Program-made: the position numbers and the translations under genes | Shown here: piece by piece, positions 49,207-57,671 of the stretch | How positions within the stretch are numbered: the stretch's first letter is position 1 | Layout: each line of letters begins with the position of its first letter | NCBI GenBank assembly: GCA_902558025.1 | Contig: CACECH010000002.1 | Location: 27,667-91,666, forward strand | Direction: 5' to 3' | Length of the DNA stretch: 64,000 bases | DNA from: an uncultured Bacteroidota bacterium | Lineage (GTDB): Bacteria > Bacteroidota > Bacteroidia > Flavobacteriales > Flavobacteriaceae | Notes under the pieces: model-generated | What the model saw: the letters and a program-made list of their open reading frames with translations, nothing else | What the model was told of the DNA's origin: nothing | Database searches by the model: none

Positions 49207-50631
49207 ATGAATCTATCAAAAGTCAAAGAAATTTATGATTCTCCATTAATTGACAGCGAGATCAATTTAGGTGGTTGGGTTAGAGCTTTTAGAGCCAATA
49301 AATTTATCGAATTAAATGATGGTTCTACAATCAAAAATATTCAATGTGTGATTGATGATGGTATCATAGGTGAAGATATTATCAAAAGAATTAGTGTTGG
49401 ATGTTCATTAATAATTACTGGTATATTAGTTAATAGCATTGGTAAAGGTCAAAGTTTTGAGATTAATGTTTCAAATATTAAGCTATTGGGTGATTCAGAC
49501 CCTGAAGAATATCCCATTCAACCTAAGAAACATAGTTTTGAGTTCTTAAGGGAGCAAGCTCATCTTAGAATTAGAACTTCAACATTTAGTTCTGTGATGA
49601 GAATAAGATCAAAATTGGCTTTTAGTATTCATGATTATTTTAATAAAAATGGCTTCAATTATATTCATACTCCAATTATAACATCAAGTGATGCTGAGGG
49701 AGCTGGGGAAATGTTTAAAGTGACTACATTAGGAAAAGAAGATCTGGCAAAAAAAGATATTGACTATTCAGATGATTTTTTTGGTAAAAAAACTAGCCTT
49801 ACTGTATCAGGCCAGCTCGAAGCAGAAACCTATGCTCTTGGCTTAGGAAATGTTTATACATTTGGCCCAACTTTTAGAGCAGAAAATTCCAATACTTCAA
49901 GACATGCTTCAGAATTTTGGATGATTGAGCCAGAAATGGCCTTTTACGACCTAAATGATAATATGGATTTAGCTGAATCATTTGTAAAGCATATTTTAAA
50001 ATATATATTAACAGAGTGTGAGGAAGATTTAAAATTTCTTGAAGAGAGACTTTTGAAAGAGGAAAGTCAAAAGCCACAAAACGAAAGGAGTAATTTGAGT
50101 TTAATTGAGAAGATTAAGTTTACTGTAAATAATGAATTTACTCGTATTTCTTATACAGAGGCATTTGAAATACTAAAAAGCTCTAATTATAACAAAAAGA
50201 AAAAGTTCAAATACCTATTAGATAATTGGGGTTCCGATCTACAAAGTGAACATGAGAGATTTCTAGTTGAAAAGCATTTTAAATCTCCTGTAATTATTTA
50301 TGATTATCCTTCAAAAATTAAAGCATTTTATATGAGGTTAAATGAAGATGATAAAACAGTTAGAGCGATGGACGTTTTATTCCCAGGTATTGGTGAGATA
50401 ATAGGAGGTTCTCAAAGAGAGGAAAGACTAGATATACTCAAAAAGAGAATGTCTGACATGGGTATTGATGATAAGGAATTGTGGTGGTACATAGATCTTA
50501 GAAAATATGGGACTGTTCCTCACAGTGGTTTTGGACTAGGTTTTGAAAGAATGGTAATGTTTTGTACAGGTATGTCAAATATAAGAGATGTAATTCCTTA
50601 TCCAAGAACACCAAAAAATGCATCTTTTTAA
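49207..50631 (+). CDS. asnS: Asparagine--tRNA ligase
   Basis: 474 aa class IIb synthetase with an OB anticodon domain. It has motif 2 FRAENSNTSRHASEFWMIEPE and motif 3 GFGLGFERM. Confidence 0.96.
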   Translation: MNLSKVKEIYDSPLIDSEINLGGWVRAFRANKFIELNDGSTIKNIQCVIDDGIIGEDIIKRISVGCSLIITGILVNSIGKGQSFEINVSNIKLLGDSDPEEYPIQPKKHSFEFLREQAHLRIRTSTFSSVMRIRSKLAFSIHDYFNKNGFNYIHTPIITSSDAEGAGEMFKVTTLGKEDLAKKDIDYSDDFFGKKTSLTVSGQLEAETYALGLGNVYTFGPTFRAENSNTSRHASEFWMIEPEMAFYDLNDNMDLAESFVKHILKYILTECEEDLKFLEERLLKEESQKPQNERSNLSLIEKIKFTVNNEFTRISYTEAFEILKSSNYNKKKKFKYLLDNWGSDLQSEHERFLVEKHFKSPVIIYDYPSKIKAFYMRLNEDDKTVRAMDVLFPGIGEIIGGSQREERLDILKKRMSDMGIDDKELWWYIDLRKYGTVPHSGFGLGFERMVMFCTGMSNIRDVIPYPRTPKNASF

Positions 50632-50674
50632 TTGAAATTAATTCTTTTCTTAATTTTTTTAAGTATTATTAAAT

Positions 50675-52102
50675 ATGCTTAATCAGAAATTACAGTTAAA
50701 GCTTTATCAAAAGCTATCACCTCAACAGATTCAGTTAATGAAACTAATTCAGCTAACTACAGCAGAATTAGAACAAAAAATTAAAAATGAAATTGAGGAG
50801 AATCCTGCTTTAGAGATGGGTAGTGAAAAAACTGATGCAAATATTGAAAATGATGAATTTGAAGTTGATAAAAATGAGGATGTCAATGTAGATGATTTCT
50901 TAACAGATATGTCTGAGGGTTATGACAATAGTCAAAATTATTATTCAGGTGATGAGGAAAATATTAGCTTTCAAACAAAAGATTCATATAGCTTTCATCA
51001 ATATCTAGATAATCAATCAAAAAATTTAATTCTTGATAAAAAATATAAGCCTATTTGTGATTTTTTAATCGGAAGTATTGATGAAAGTGGTTATTTAAGA
51101 AGAGAGATAGAAGATATAATTGATGATTTAGCATTTACACAGAACATAGTAACTTCAAAAGAAGAAATATTATTAGTATTAAAGAAAATTCAAGAGTTGG
51201 ATCCTCCAGGAGTTGGTGCAAGATCTCTAAAAGAATGTCTATTAATTCAATTAAGAAGAAAAAACTCAAAAGAGTCAATTGACAATTCTATTAAAATCAT
51301 TGAAAATGATTTTGATTTATTTTCTAAGAAAAAGTTCTCTAAATTATCAGAGAAACTAAACTTAAACGAACAAAAATTAAAAGAAGCTATTGAGGAAATT
51401 TCTAAACTGAATCCTAAACCAGGAGGTTCAATAACTAGTGATTTTGCTAATAATGCAATTACTCCAGATTTTATATTAACAATTGAGGATGGAGATTTAA
51501 TTGTAGAATTAAATAAAAGAAATTCTCCAGAATTAAGACTTTCTAATTCCTATAAAAATATATTAGAAGGATATAAAAAAGATCCAAATAAAACAAAATC
51601 ACAAAATCAAGCAATTCAATTTTTAAAGCAAAAACTTGATTCAGCAAAATGGTTTATTGAAGCAATAGAGCAAAGACATCAAACTCTTTTTCAAACAGTA
51701 AATGCGATTGTTAACTTTCAGAAAGATTATTTTTTAACGGGAGAAGAAAGTAATCTTAGACCTATGATTTTAAAAGACATTGCTGAAAAAATTAATTTAG
51801 ATATTTCTACTGTTTCAAGAGTTGCAAATAGTAAGTATATGGATTCACCGTATGGTATTCGCCTTTTAAAAAGCTACTTCTCTGAGGGAATGAAAAATAG
51901 TGATGGAGATGATATATCAACAATTGAGATTAAAAGAATCTTAAAAGAGATTGTAGAATCTGAAAATAAAATAAAGCCATTATCTGATTTAGATTTATCC
52001 AGTAAATTATCTACAAAAGGATTTAAAGTTGCAAGAAGAACAGTCGCCAAATATAGAGAACAATTAGATATTCCAGTTGCCAGACTTAGAAAACAATTAT
52101 AA
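50675..52102 (+). CDS. rpoN: RNA polymerase sigma-54 factor
   Basis: 475 aa. It has the Gln/Leu-rich region I (QKLSPQQIQLMKLIQL), an acidic region II and the RpoN box ARRTVAKYRE. Confidence 0.96.
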   Translation: MLNQKLQLKLYQKLSPQQIQLMKLIQLTTAELEQKIKNEIEENPALEMGSEKTDANIENDEFEVDKNEDVNVDDFLTDMSEGYDNSQNYYSGDEENISFQTKDSYSFHQYLDNQSKNLILDKKYKPICDFLIGSIDESGYLRREIEDIIDDLAFTQNIVTSKEEILLVLKKIQELDPPGVGARSLKECLLIQLRRKNSKESIDNSIKIIENDFDLFSKKKFSKLSEKLNLNEQKLKEAIEEISKLNPKPGGSITSDFANNAITPDFILTIEDGDLIVELNKRNSPELRLSNSYKNILEGYKKDPNKTKSQNQAIQFLKQKLDSAKWFIEAIEQRHQTLFQTVNAIVNFQKDYFLTGEESNLRPMILKDIAEKINLDISTVSRVANSKYMDSPYGIRLLKSYFSEGMKNSDGDDISTIEIKRILKEIVESENKIKPLSDLDLSSKLSTKGFKVARRTVAKYREQLDIPVARLRKQL

Positions 52103-52792
52103 CATATAAAAAATAAGTCCTAATCTAAAGAAACCTATATTTAGAGTATTTCCATCTAATGTTTCTTGATTTTTTATTAAAGGATTTAAATCATATTCTA
52201 AGGAGATATTCCATGTATTATATCCTACATTAAAATATATTGATGAAGTCCAATCTTGAATATCTTTAATTTTTAATTCTTTTCCATAAGATGGATTAGA
52301 ATATAACGAAAAATTCTTTTTAATCTTAAGGCCAGAATATATTCTCCAAAACCTATAAACATCAATAGAAGACTTTCGCCACCTATATTCGATAGGAATT
52401 GCTATTGATGAAAATGATATTTTATTCTTGGATTCAAGAAATCTACTTACTATAATATCATATTCTATTTCACCATCAACTTCTAAAGGCTGAATATTAG
52501 ATGTAAATAAGTTTCTCTCAAACCCTACACCAATTCCTAAAGCATTTGTAGAAGTTTTATTTAAGGGGATATCTCTTATAAAGCCAAATTGAAAATTACC
52601 AGAGAATCCATTTTGTTTGAAATCAGTTACTTGCTCAGTCTGGATAAAATAGCTTGAACCAAAGTAAAATTGATCTTCTCTGTAGAAATCTTTACCATTA
52701 ATATCTTGAGCAGTTAAGCTAGAGATTGTACTTATAATAAATAGTAAAACTGCTAACTTTTTACTAGTTGAAATTTTGAGTATAATCTCCAA
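52097..52792 (-). CDS. Outer-membrane beta-barrel (porin-family, OMP_b-brl_2-like) protein
   Basis: 231 aa with a TTG start lying 29 nt inside the upstream exbD. It has a signal peptide, alternating amphipathic strands and a C-terminal aromatic residue (...RLGLIFYML). Confidence 0.7.
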   Translation of the reverse strand: MEIILKISTSKKLAVLLFIISTISSLTAQDINGKDFYREDQFYFGSSYFIQTEQVTDFKQNGFSGNFQFGFIRDIPLNKTSTNALGIGVGFERNLFTSNIQPLEVDGEIEYDIIVSRFLESKNKISFSSIAIPIEYRWRKSSIDVYRFWRIYSGLKIKKNFSLYSNPSYGKELKIKDIQDWTSSIYFNVGYNTWNISLEYDLNPLIKNQETLDGNTLNIGFFRLGLIFYML

Positions 52793-53246
52793 CTCTAGTA
52801 GTATAGTTTAGTTTTAGTGCGTTAACCTTACGCAACTCTTGTTTGATGTCACTTATGATACCCATTTTTGTGTCACTATCAACTTTTAATGCAGTTGTTA
52901 GTACATTTTGAAGCTCTTGACGTTTTGCGGCTCTTTCAGCAAGAACAAACGCCCCAACTTCTTCAACAGTACCAAACTTGTCATTAAGTTGAATTTTAGC
53001 TGAGGTACCATAAGTATCAATATATCTACTAGAGGGTTTACCAGCGTAAATATAAATTACTCTATCCTTTTTATCTAGCTTCTGAACTTGATCAGCAGCA
53101 GGCAAAGTATTTTGTACCATAAGAGTACTATCTCTCATAACAGTTGCAACCATAAAAAAGAATAACAACATAAAAACTATATCTGGAAGAGATGCAGTAG
53201 ATATTGCAGGAAGATCTCCACTTTTATTTTTTTTGAATTTTGCCAT
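52764..53246 (-). CDS. exbD: ExbD/TolR-family biopolymer transport protein (short paralogue)
   Basis: 160 aa with an N-terminal TM segment carrying the conserved Asp context (LPDIVFMLLFFFM) and a periplasmic alpha/beta domain. Confidence 0.88.
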   Translation of the reverse strand: MAKFKKNKSGDLPAISTASLPDIVFMLLFFFMVATVMRDSTLMVQNTLPAADQVQKLDKKDRVIYIYAGKPSSRYIDTYGTSAKIQLNDKFGTVEEVGAFVLAERAAKRQELQNVLTTALKVDSDTKMGIISDIKQELRKVNALKLNYTTRVGDYTQNFN

Positions 53247-53247
53247 A

Positions 53248-53871
53248 TTAATTTACTTTACTTGGTTCAGCCTCAGATAACTTTTGCGGGTACAATGCTT
53301 TTATAACATCTAATTTTTCTTTTAAACTTGACTTATCATCAGGAGAAGTTCTTGGATCACTATACCTGAGATCAGCCTCAACATATGTTAAAGCCTCATT
53401 AGGATATAATCTAGCAAACTCTCTATTTCTGAGAACATTGTATGCTGCAACTAATTCGTTTTGAACTGCTATATAAACTTTATATTCAGTTTCTCTATCA
53501 TTTTTTAAAGATATAATGGCTTTGTCAGGGTTATCTGATGACCTTGGATCCCTATTGCCTTGACAATAATCACATGCTTCTTCTCCAGATCCTCCTCCAT
53601 TATCAAGAAAATCTACAGCAAGATTTCTTAGATCTTTGATATCAGTTAGTTCTTCTTCAACTAATAACTGATTATTTTTATTTACTACAACTGTAAAAAT
53701 ATTTTTCTGTCTGATTATTGGTGGATCAATTTGCTCCTCCATAGGTGGTAACTTTCTATTAATACCACTATCAGTCTCAATTGTTGTAGTAACAAGAAAG
53801 AAAATCAAAAGCAGAAAGGCAATATCTGCCATAGACCCTGCGTTAACTTCTGGTGACTTTCTTCTAGCCAT
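53248..53871 (-). CDS. exbD: ExbD/TolR-family biopolymer transport protein (long paralogue with a periplasmic CxxC insert)
   Basis: 207 aa with the TM segment MADIAFLLLIFFLV. The periplasmic domain contains the insert GEEACDYCQGNRDP. Confidence 0.88.
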   Translation of the reverse strand: MARRKSPEVNAGSMADIAFLLLIFFLVTTTIETDSGINRKLPPMEEQIDPPIIRQKNIFTVVVNKNNQLLVEEELTDIKDLRNLAVDFLDNGGGSGEEACDYCQGNRDPRSSDNPDKAIISLKNDRETEYKVYIAVQNELVAAYNVLRNREFARLYPNEALTYVEADLRYSDPRTSPDDKSSLKEKLDVIKALYPQKLSEAEPSKVN

Positions 53872-53874
53872 AGT

Positions 53875-54324
53875 TTACTTTTTAATAAATCTTTTACCTC
53901 CTGAGAATATCATTAGTCCAACTGCAATAATAGCTAAAATGTAGAATACTCTAATCCCAGTACCAACAAGTCTTGAACCAATAGCTGATAATACTTTACC
54001 ATCTCTCATAGGCGTTTCAACACCACTTGATAGAACAAATGCAATAATTACTACACCTAGAAACAATCCAGCAGAAGTTAAGGCACTTTTCATTTTAGCC
54101 TTATCTTTTGCCAAGCCTCTTAAGGAAAATGTTAGAGTTACAATTACAGCAATAAAAAGTATTAATTGACTTAAAAGTATAATTGGAGTAATAACTCCAA
54201 AGTTCCCTGATGCAGCAGACATTTTGATAGTATCATCTCCTGTTCCAAAAACTAAGAAAAGAAATATAATACCTAAAACACCTAGAGCTATACACCCTAT
54301 TTTTGTAATTTTTTGAAGATTCAT
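53875..54324 (-). CDS. Hypothetical 4-TM membrane protein embedded in the exbB-exbD operon
   Basis: 149 aa with four hydrophobic helices and a basic C-terminus (GGKRFIKK). It has 3-nt and 6-nt spacers to its neighbours. I recognise no motif in it. Confidence 0.6.
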   Translation of the reverse strand: MNLQKITKIGCIALGVLGIIFLFLVFGTGDDTIKMSAASGNFGVITPIILLSQLILFIAVIVTLTFSLRGLAKDKAKMKSALTSAGLFLGVVIIAFVLSSGVETPMRDGKVLSAIGSRLVGTGIRVFYILAIIAVGLMIFSGGKRFIKK

Positions 54325-54330
54325 ATCAAA

Positions 54331-55113
54331 TTATTTTTTTTGAGCTGAAAGAATATCAATTAAAGTAATTGATGCATCTTCCATATCATTTACAATTGAA
54401 TCAATTTTTGCAACAATATAGTTATAGAATACTTGAAGTATAATAGCAACAATAAGACCAAATACAGTCGTTAGAAGTGCAACTTTAATACCACCTGCAA
54501 CAAGCGATGGTTGCATATCTCCAGCAGCTTCAATTCTATCAAATGCAGTAATCATACCAATTACAGTACCCATAAATCCAAGCATAGGTGCAAGTGCAAT
54601 AAATAATGATATCCATGAAACATTTTTTTCTAGCTGTCCCATTTGTACACCACCATAAGAAATTACAGCTTTCTCTGCAGAATCAACTCCATCCTTTGCT
54701 CTATCTAAACCTTGATAAAAGATTGATGCTACAGGCCCTTTTGTGTTTCTACATACTTCCTTAGCAGCCTCAACACCACCTGATTTGAGAGCATCTTCAA
54801 CATCACCAGTTAACTTTTCTGTGTTAGTAGTTGATAAATTAAGATATATAATTCTCTCAATTGAGATAGCTAAACCAAGTATAAGACATATAAGTACAAT
54901 TCCCATAAAGCTTGGACCACCTTCAATAAAACGCTTTTTTAATTCTTGAGTAAAACCAGCCGAAGCTTCATCAGAAGTAGCTTCCATCATAGGCTCATCT
55001 TGTGAATCCTGAATAGTGATTACACTATTTACTGTTGTAGTTGCATACACATTACTCGTAAAGGCAGAACCAACAAAAACAGATAGGATTAATGCAAATA
55101 ATATTTTTTTCAT
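54331..55113 (-). CDS. exbB: MotA/TolQ/ExbB proton-channel protein with a cleavable signal peptide and acidic N-terminal extension
   Basis: The start is set at the ATG at 55113 (MKKILFALILS...). The ORF-track extension to 55245 would overlap the upstream gene. The conserved TolQ/ExbB core is LFIALAPMLGFMGTVIGMI...GGIKVALLTTVFGL. Confidence 0.9.
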   Translation of the reverse strand: MKKILFALILSVFVGSAFTSNVYATTTVNSVITIQDSQDEPMMEATSDEASAGFTQELKKRFIEGGPSFMGIVLICLILGLAISIERIIYLNLSTTNTEKLTGDVEDALKSGGVEAAKEVCRNTKGPVASIFYQGLDRAKDGVDSAEKAVISYGGVQMGQLEKNVSWISLFIALAPMLGFMGTVIGMITAFDRIEAAGDMQPSLVAGGIKVALLTTVFGLIVAIILQVFYNYIVAKIDSIVNDMEDASITLIDILSAQKK

Positions 55114-55189
55114 TTTTGTAATATTTTCAATAATTGAGAACCGAAAGATATAAAAATTATTATATGATTCAAATTTTTTTTGAGTGTGA

Positions 55190-56590
55190 TTAATTAGGTT
55201 TTTTTGGCTTGTATTTTTGAAATGGATATGTTTCTGGAACAACATAAGGTCCAGTTGAAATAATTAATGGAAATCCAGAATTTGGATCAACAATGAACTC
55301 AAGCATAACAGCTTTATATTTATTTTCCTCTGCTTTAATTTCAACTCTGTAATTACCATCTTTAGATTTTTTGATTGGTGATTGTATCCATAATTCACCT
55401 TCCATCCATAATCTAAAATCTCTTCCATCAGAATTTTCAGCAACCCATAATGATACACTATAGTCACCATCATAATCAATTGTTGCTTCGAGATAATCTT
55501 CATTGAGTTTCCATATAAGCTCAGGCATTTCAACATCATTAACTAATCTATTAAAGTATGAAACAAGATCATCATTCAAATATCTACCATCTAAAGAATG
55601 ATTTCTATTAGGTACATATCTTAATAATTTATCTCCTGGAAGTTCATCATAATAATACTGCCAGGAATCAGTTGAAAAAAACTCATCAGATCCAGCGTTT
55701 ATAATATATTTAGGCATTGTGAAGCTTTCTTTAAATGAATATGGCTCTACATATTCTAATAAGGTTTTAAATTCATCAGTTTGCATCCAATCTGGTATTT
55801 CATAATCTACATATTCTTGAACTGCTAAAGAAAATTCACCATAACTTCTGTAATGATTTTCAAAAGAAGGAATTACATTTAACAAATCTATTACCATAGG
55901 CACAACACCTACTACTCTTTTATCTACTGCAGCTGTTGTCCATGCAGTCCAGCCTCTTTTAGAAGCTCCTGAAACAACAAAATTATCAAGCTGAATATTA
56001 TTTTGGATAGCTATTTCCTGAGCTAAATCCATTGATCTTACAACTGCTCTTGTCATTGGTAGTCTTGGTAGCCATTCTAAGTCTTTCTTTGAGCCTCCAG
56101 ATTTTAAAAATTTATTCCAAGCGAAAGCAATTAAATCATCTTCTAAGAAAGACTCTTGATTAGACTCTAAAAAATTAACTGGTTGGAATGGTATATTACT
56201 AACATTTACAATAATAGCACCTAGTTTATTAGAATAATTAATCACTTCATCATCCAATCTAAAATAGTTTTCAGAACTCACTCCGTTATCAATAAACATT
56301 ATACCTGAAGAAGTCTTAACTTCTTTAGGTATAATAATATCTACATTATGCCACCAATTAACTTCACTAACTTTTTTATTATCAAGCCATTCCCCTGAAA
56401 TCATTTTAATATGATAACCAGTCCATTCATCTTTGTATATTATTTCTTCAATTTCATAGCTAAATTCATCTTTTGTTGATTCAATATAGTCTTCCATAGA
56501 TGTGTAACCCTCATAAGATAAAAATGTAAAATTGAGCGTGAAGTATATTGCTGCAACTGTTAAGACAATGAATATTTTTTTAAATGACAT
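55190..56590 (-). CDS. PhoPQ-activated pathogenicity-related (PqaA-type) alpha/beta-hydrolase-like secreted protein
   Basis: 466 aa with an N-terminal signal/anchor. It has the GASKRGWTAW motif and the length typical of the PhoPQ_related family, recognised from memory. Confidence 0.65.
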   Translation of the reverse strand: MSFKKIFIVLTVAAIYFTLNFTFLSYEGYTSMEDYIESTKDEFSYEIEEIIYKDEWTGYHIKMISGEWLDNKKVSEVNWWHNVDIIIPKEVKTSSGIMFIDNGVSSENYFRLDDEVINYSNKLGAIIVNVSNIPFQPVNFLESNQESFLEDDLIAFAWNKFLKSGGSKKDLEWLPRLPMTRAVVRSMDLAQEIAIQNNIQLDNFVVSGASKRGWTAWTTAAVDKRVVGVVPMVIDLLNVIPSFENHYRSYGEFSLAVQEYVDYEIPDWMQTDEFKTLLEYVEPYSFKESFTMPKYIINAGSDEFFSTDSWQYYYDELPGDKLLRYVPNRNHSLDGRYLNDDLVSYFNRLVNDVEMPELIWKLNEDYLEATIDYDGDYSVSLWVAENSDGRDFRLWMEGELWIQSPIKKSKDGNYRVEIKAEENKYKAVMLEFIVDPNSGFPLIISTGPYVVPETYPFQKYKPKKPN

Positions 56591-56608
56591 TGTTTGTAAT
56601 TTAAATTT

Positions 56609-57616
56609 TTACCATTTAATAATTGTACTTCCCCATGTAAAACCACTTCCAAAAGATGCAAGAACAATTATATCTCCTGATTTTATTTTTCCCTCCTGCC
56701 ATGCCTCTGTTAATGCGATAGGAATTGATCCAGCAGTGGTGTTACCATATTTTTGAATATTATTATAAACTTGATCATCTGATAAACCAAACTTTTTTTG
56801 AACAAATTGAGATATTCTGAGGTTTGCCTGATGAGGAATTAGCATATCTATTTGATCAGGTTTAAGATCATTATGATTTAATCCCTCCATTATAACCTCT
56901 GAAAATCTAACCACAGCATTTTTAAAAACTAACTGACCATTCATATATGGGTAGTAAGATATATCATCAGGATCATTTGCTTCTAAAATTTCTGGAACCC
57001 ATCTATTTGTGCTAGGACCTATTAATGAGAGTTCTTCTGCATGCTTTCCTTCTGAATGAAGGTGAGATGAAAGAATCCCTTTTGAAAGATCTTCTTCCCT
57101 AGTAACAACAGCAGCGCCTGCACCATCACCAAAAATTACACTTACACCTCTTCCTCTTGTTGTAAAGTCTAATCCTCCTGAATGATTTTCTGAACCAATT
57201 ACAAGGATATTTTTATACATACCAGATTTAATAAATTGATCAGCAGTTGAAATGGCATATATAAATCCTGAACACTGATTTCTTATATCCATGGCAGGAC
57301 AAGTAGGAATATCAAGCTCTTCTTGAGCAAGAACTCCACTTCCAGGAAAATAATAGTCTGGACTTAAAGTAGCAAATAGTATTAAGTCAATATCATCTTT
57401 ATCAATGCCTGCTCTTTCTATTGCAATTTTAGCAGCTTTAACCCCCATAACGACAGTTGAATTACCATCACCTTTTTTAATATGTCTTCTTTCTTTAATT
57501 CCTGTTCTTTCGATTATCCATTCATTGGAGGTGTCCATAATTTTAGAAAGATCATCATTTGTAACAATATTTTCTGGAACATACATTCCAAGTCCCGAAA
57601 TTCTTGAGTTATACAT
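56609..57616 (-). CDS. fabH: Beta-ketoacyl-ACP synthase III
   Basis: 335 aa. The canonical triad contexts are NQCSGFIYA (Cys), PHQANLRI (His) and YGNTTAGSIP (Asn), with the C-terminal GFTWGS. Confidence 0.94.
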   Translation of the reverse strand: MYNSRISGLGMYVPENIVTNDDLSKIMDTSNEWIIERTGIKERRHIKKGDGNSTVVMGVKAAKIAIERAGIDKDDIDLILFATLSPDYYFPGSGVLAQEELDIPTCPAMDIRNQCSGFIYAISTADQFIKSGMYKNILVIGSENHSGGLDFTTRGRGVSVIFGDGAGAAVVTREEDLSKGILSSHLHSEGKHAEELSLIGPSTNRWVPEILEANDPDDISYYPYMNGQLVFKNAVVRFSEVIMEGLNHNDLKPDQIDMLIPHQANLRISQFVQKKFGLSDDQVYNNIQKYGNTTAGSIPIALTEAWQEGKIKSGDIIVLASFGSGFTWGSTIIKW

Positions 57617-57671
57617 TTGTAAGGTTTTTTGTCAAGTTAATAAATTTTATTTTGGAAAATTTAAATTCTAA

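Noticed and set aside
55114-55245. 44-codon N-terminal extension of exbB that overlaps the 3' end of the PqaA-like gene.
   Set aside because: The internal ATG at 55113 gives a textbook signal peptide (MKKILFALILSVFVGSAF). The extension has no hydrophobic or conserved character.
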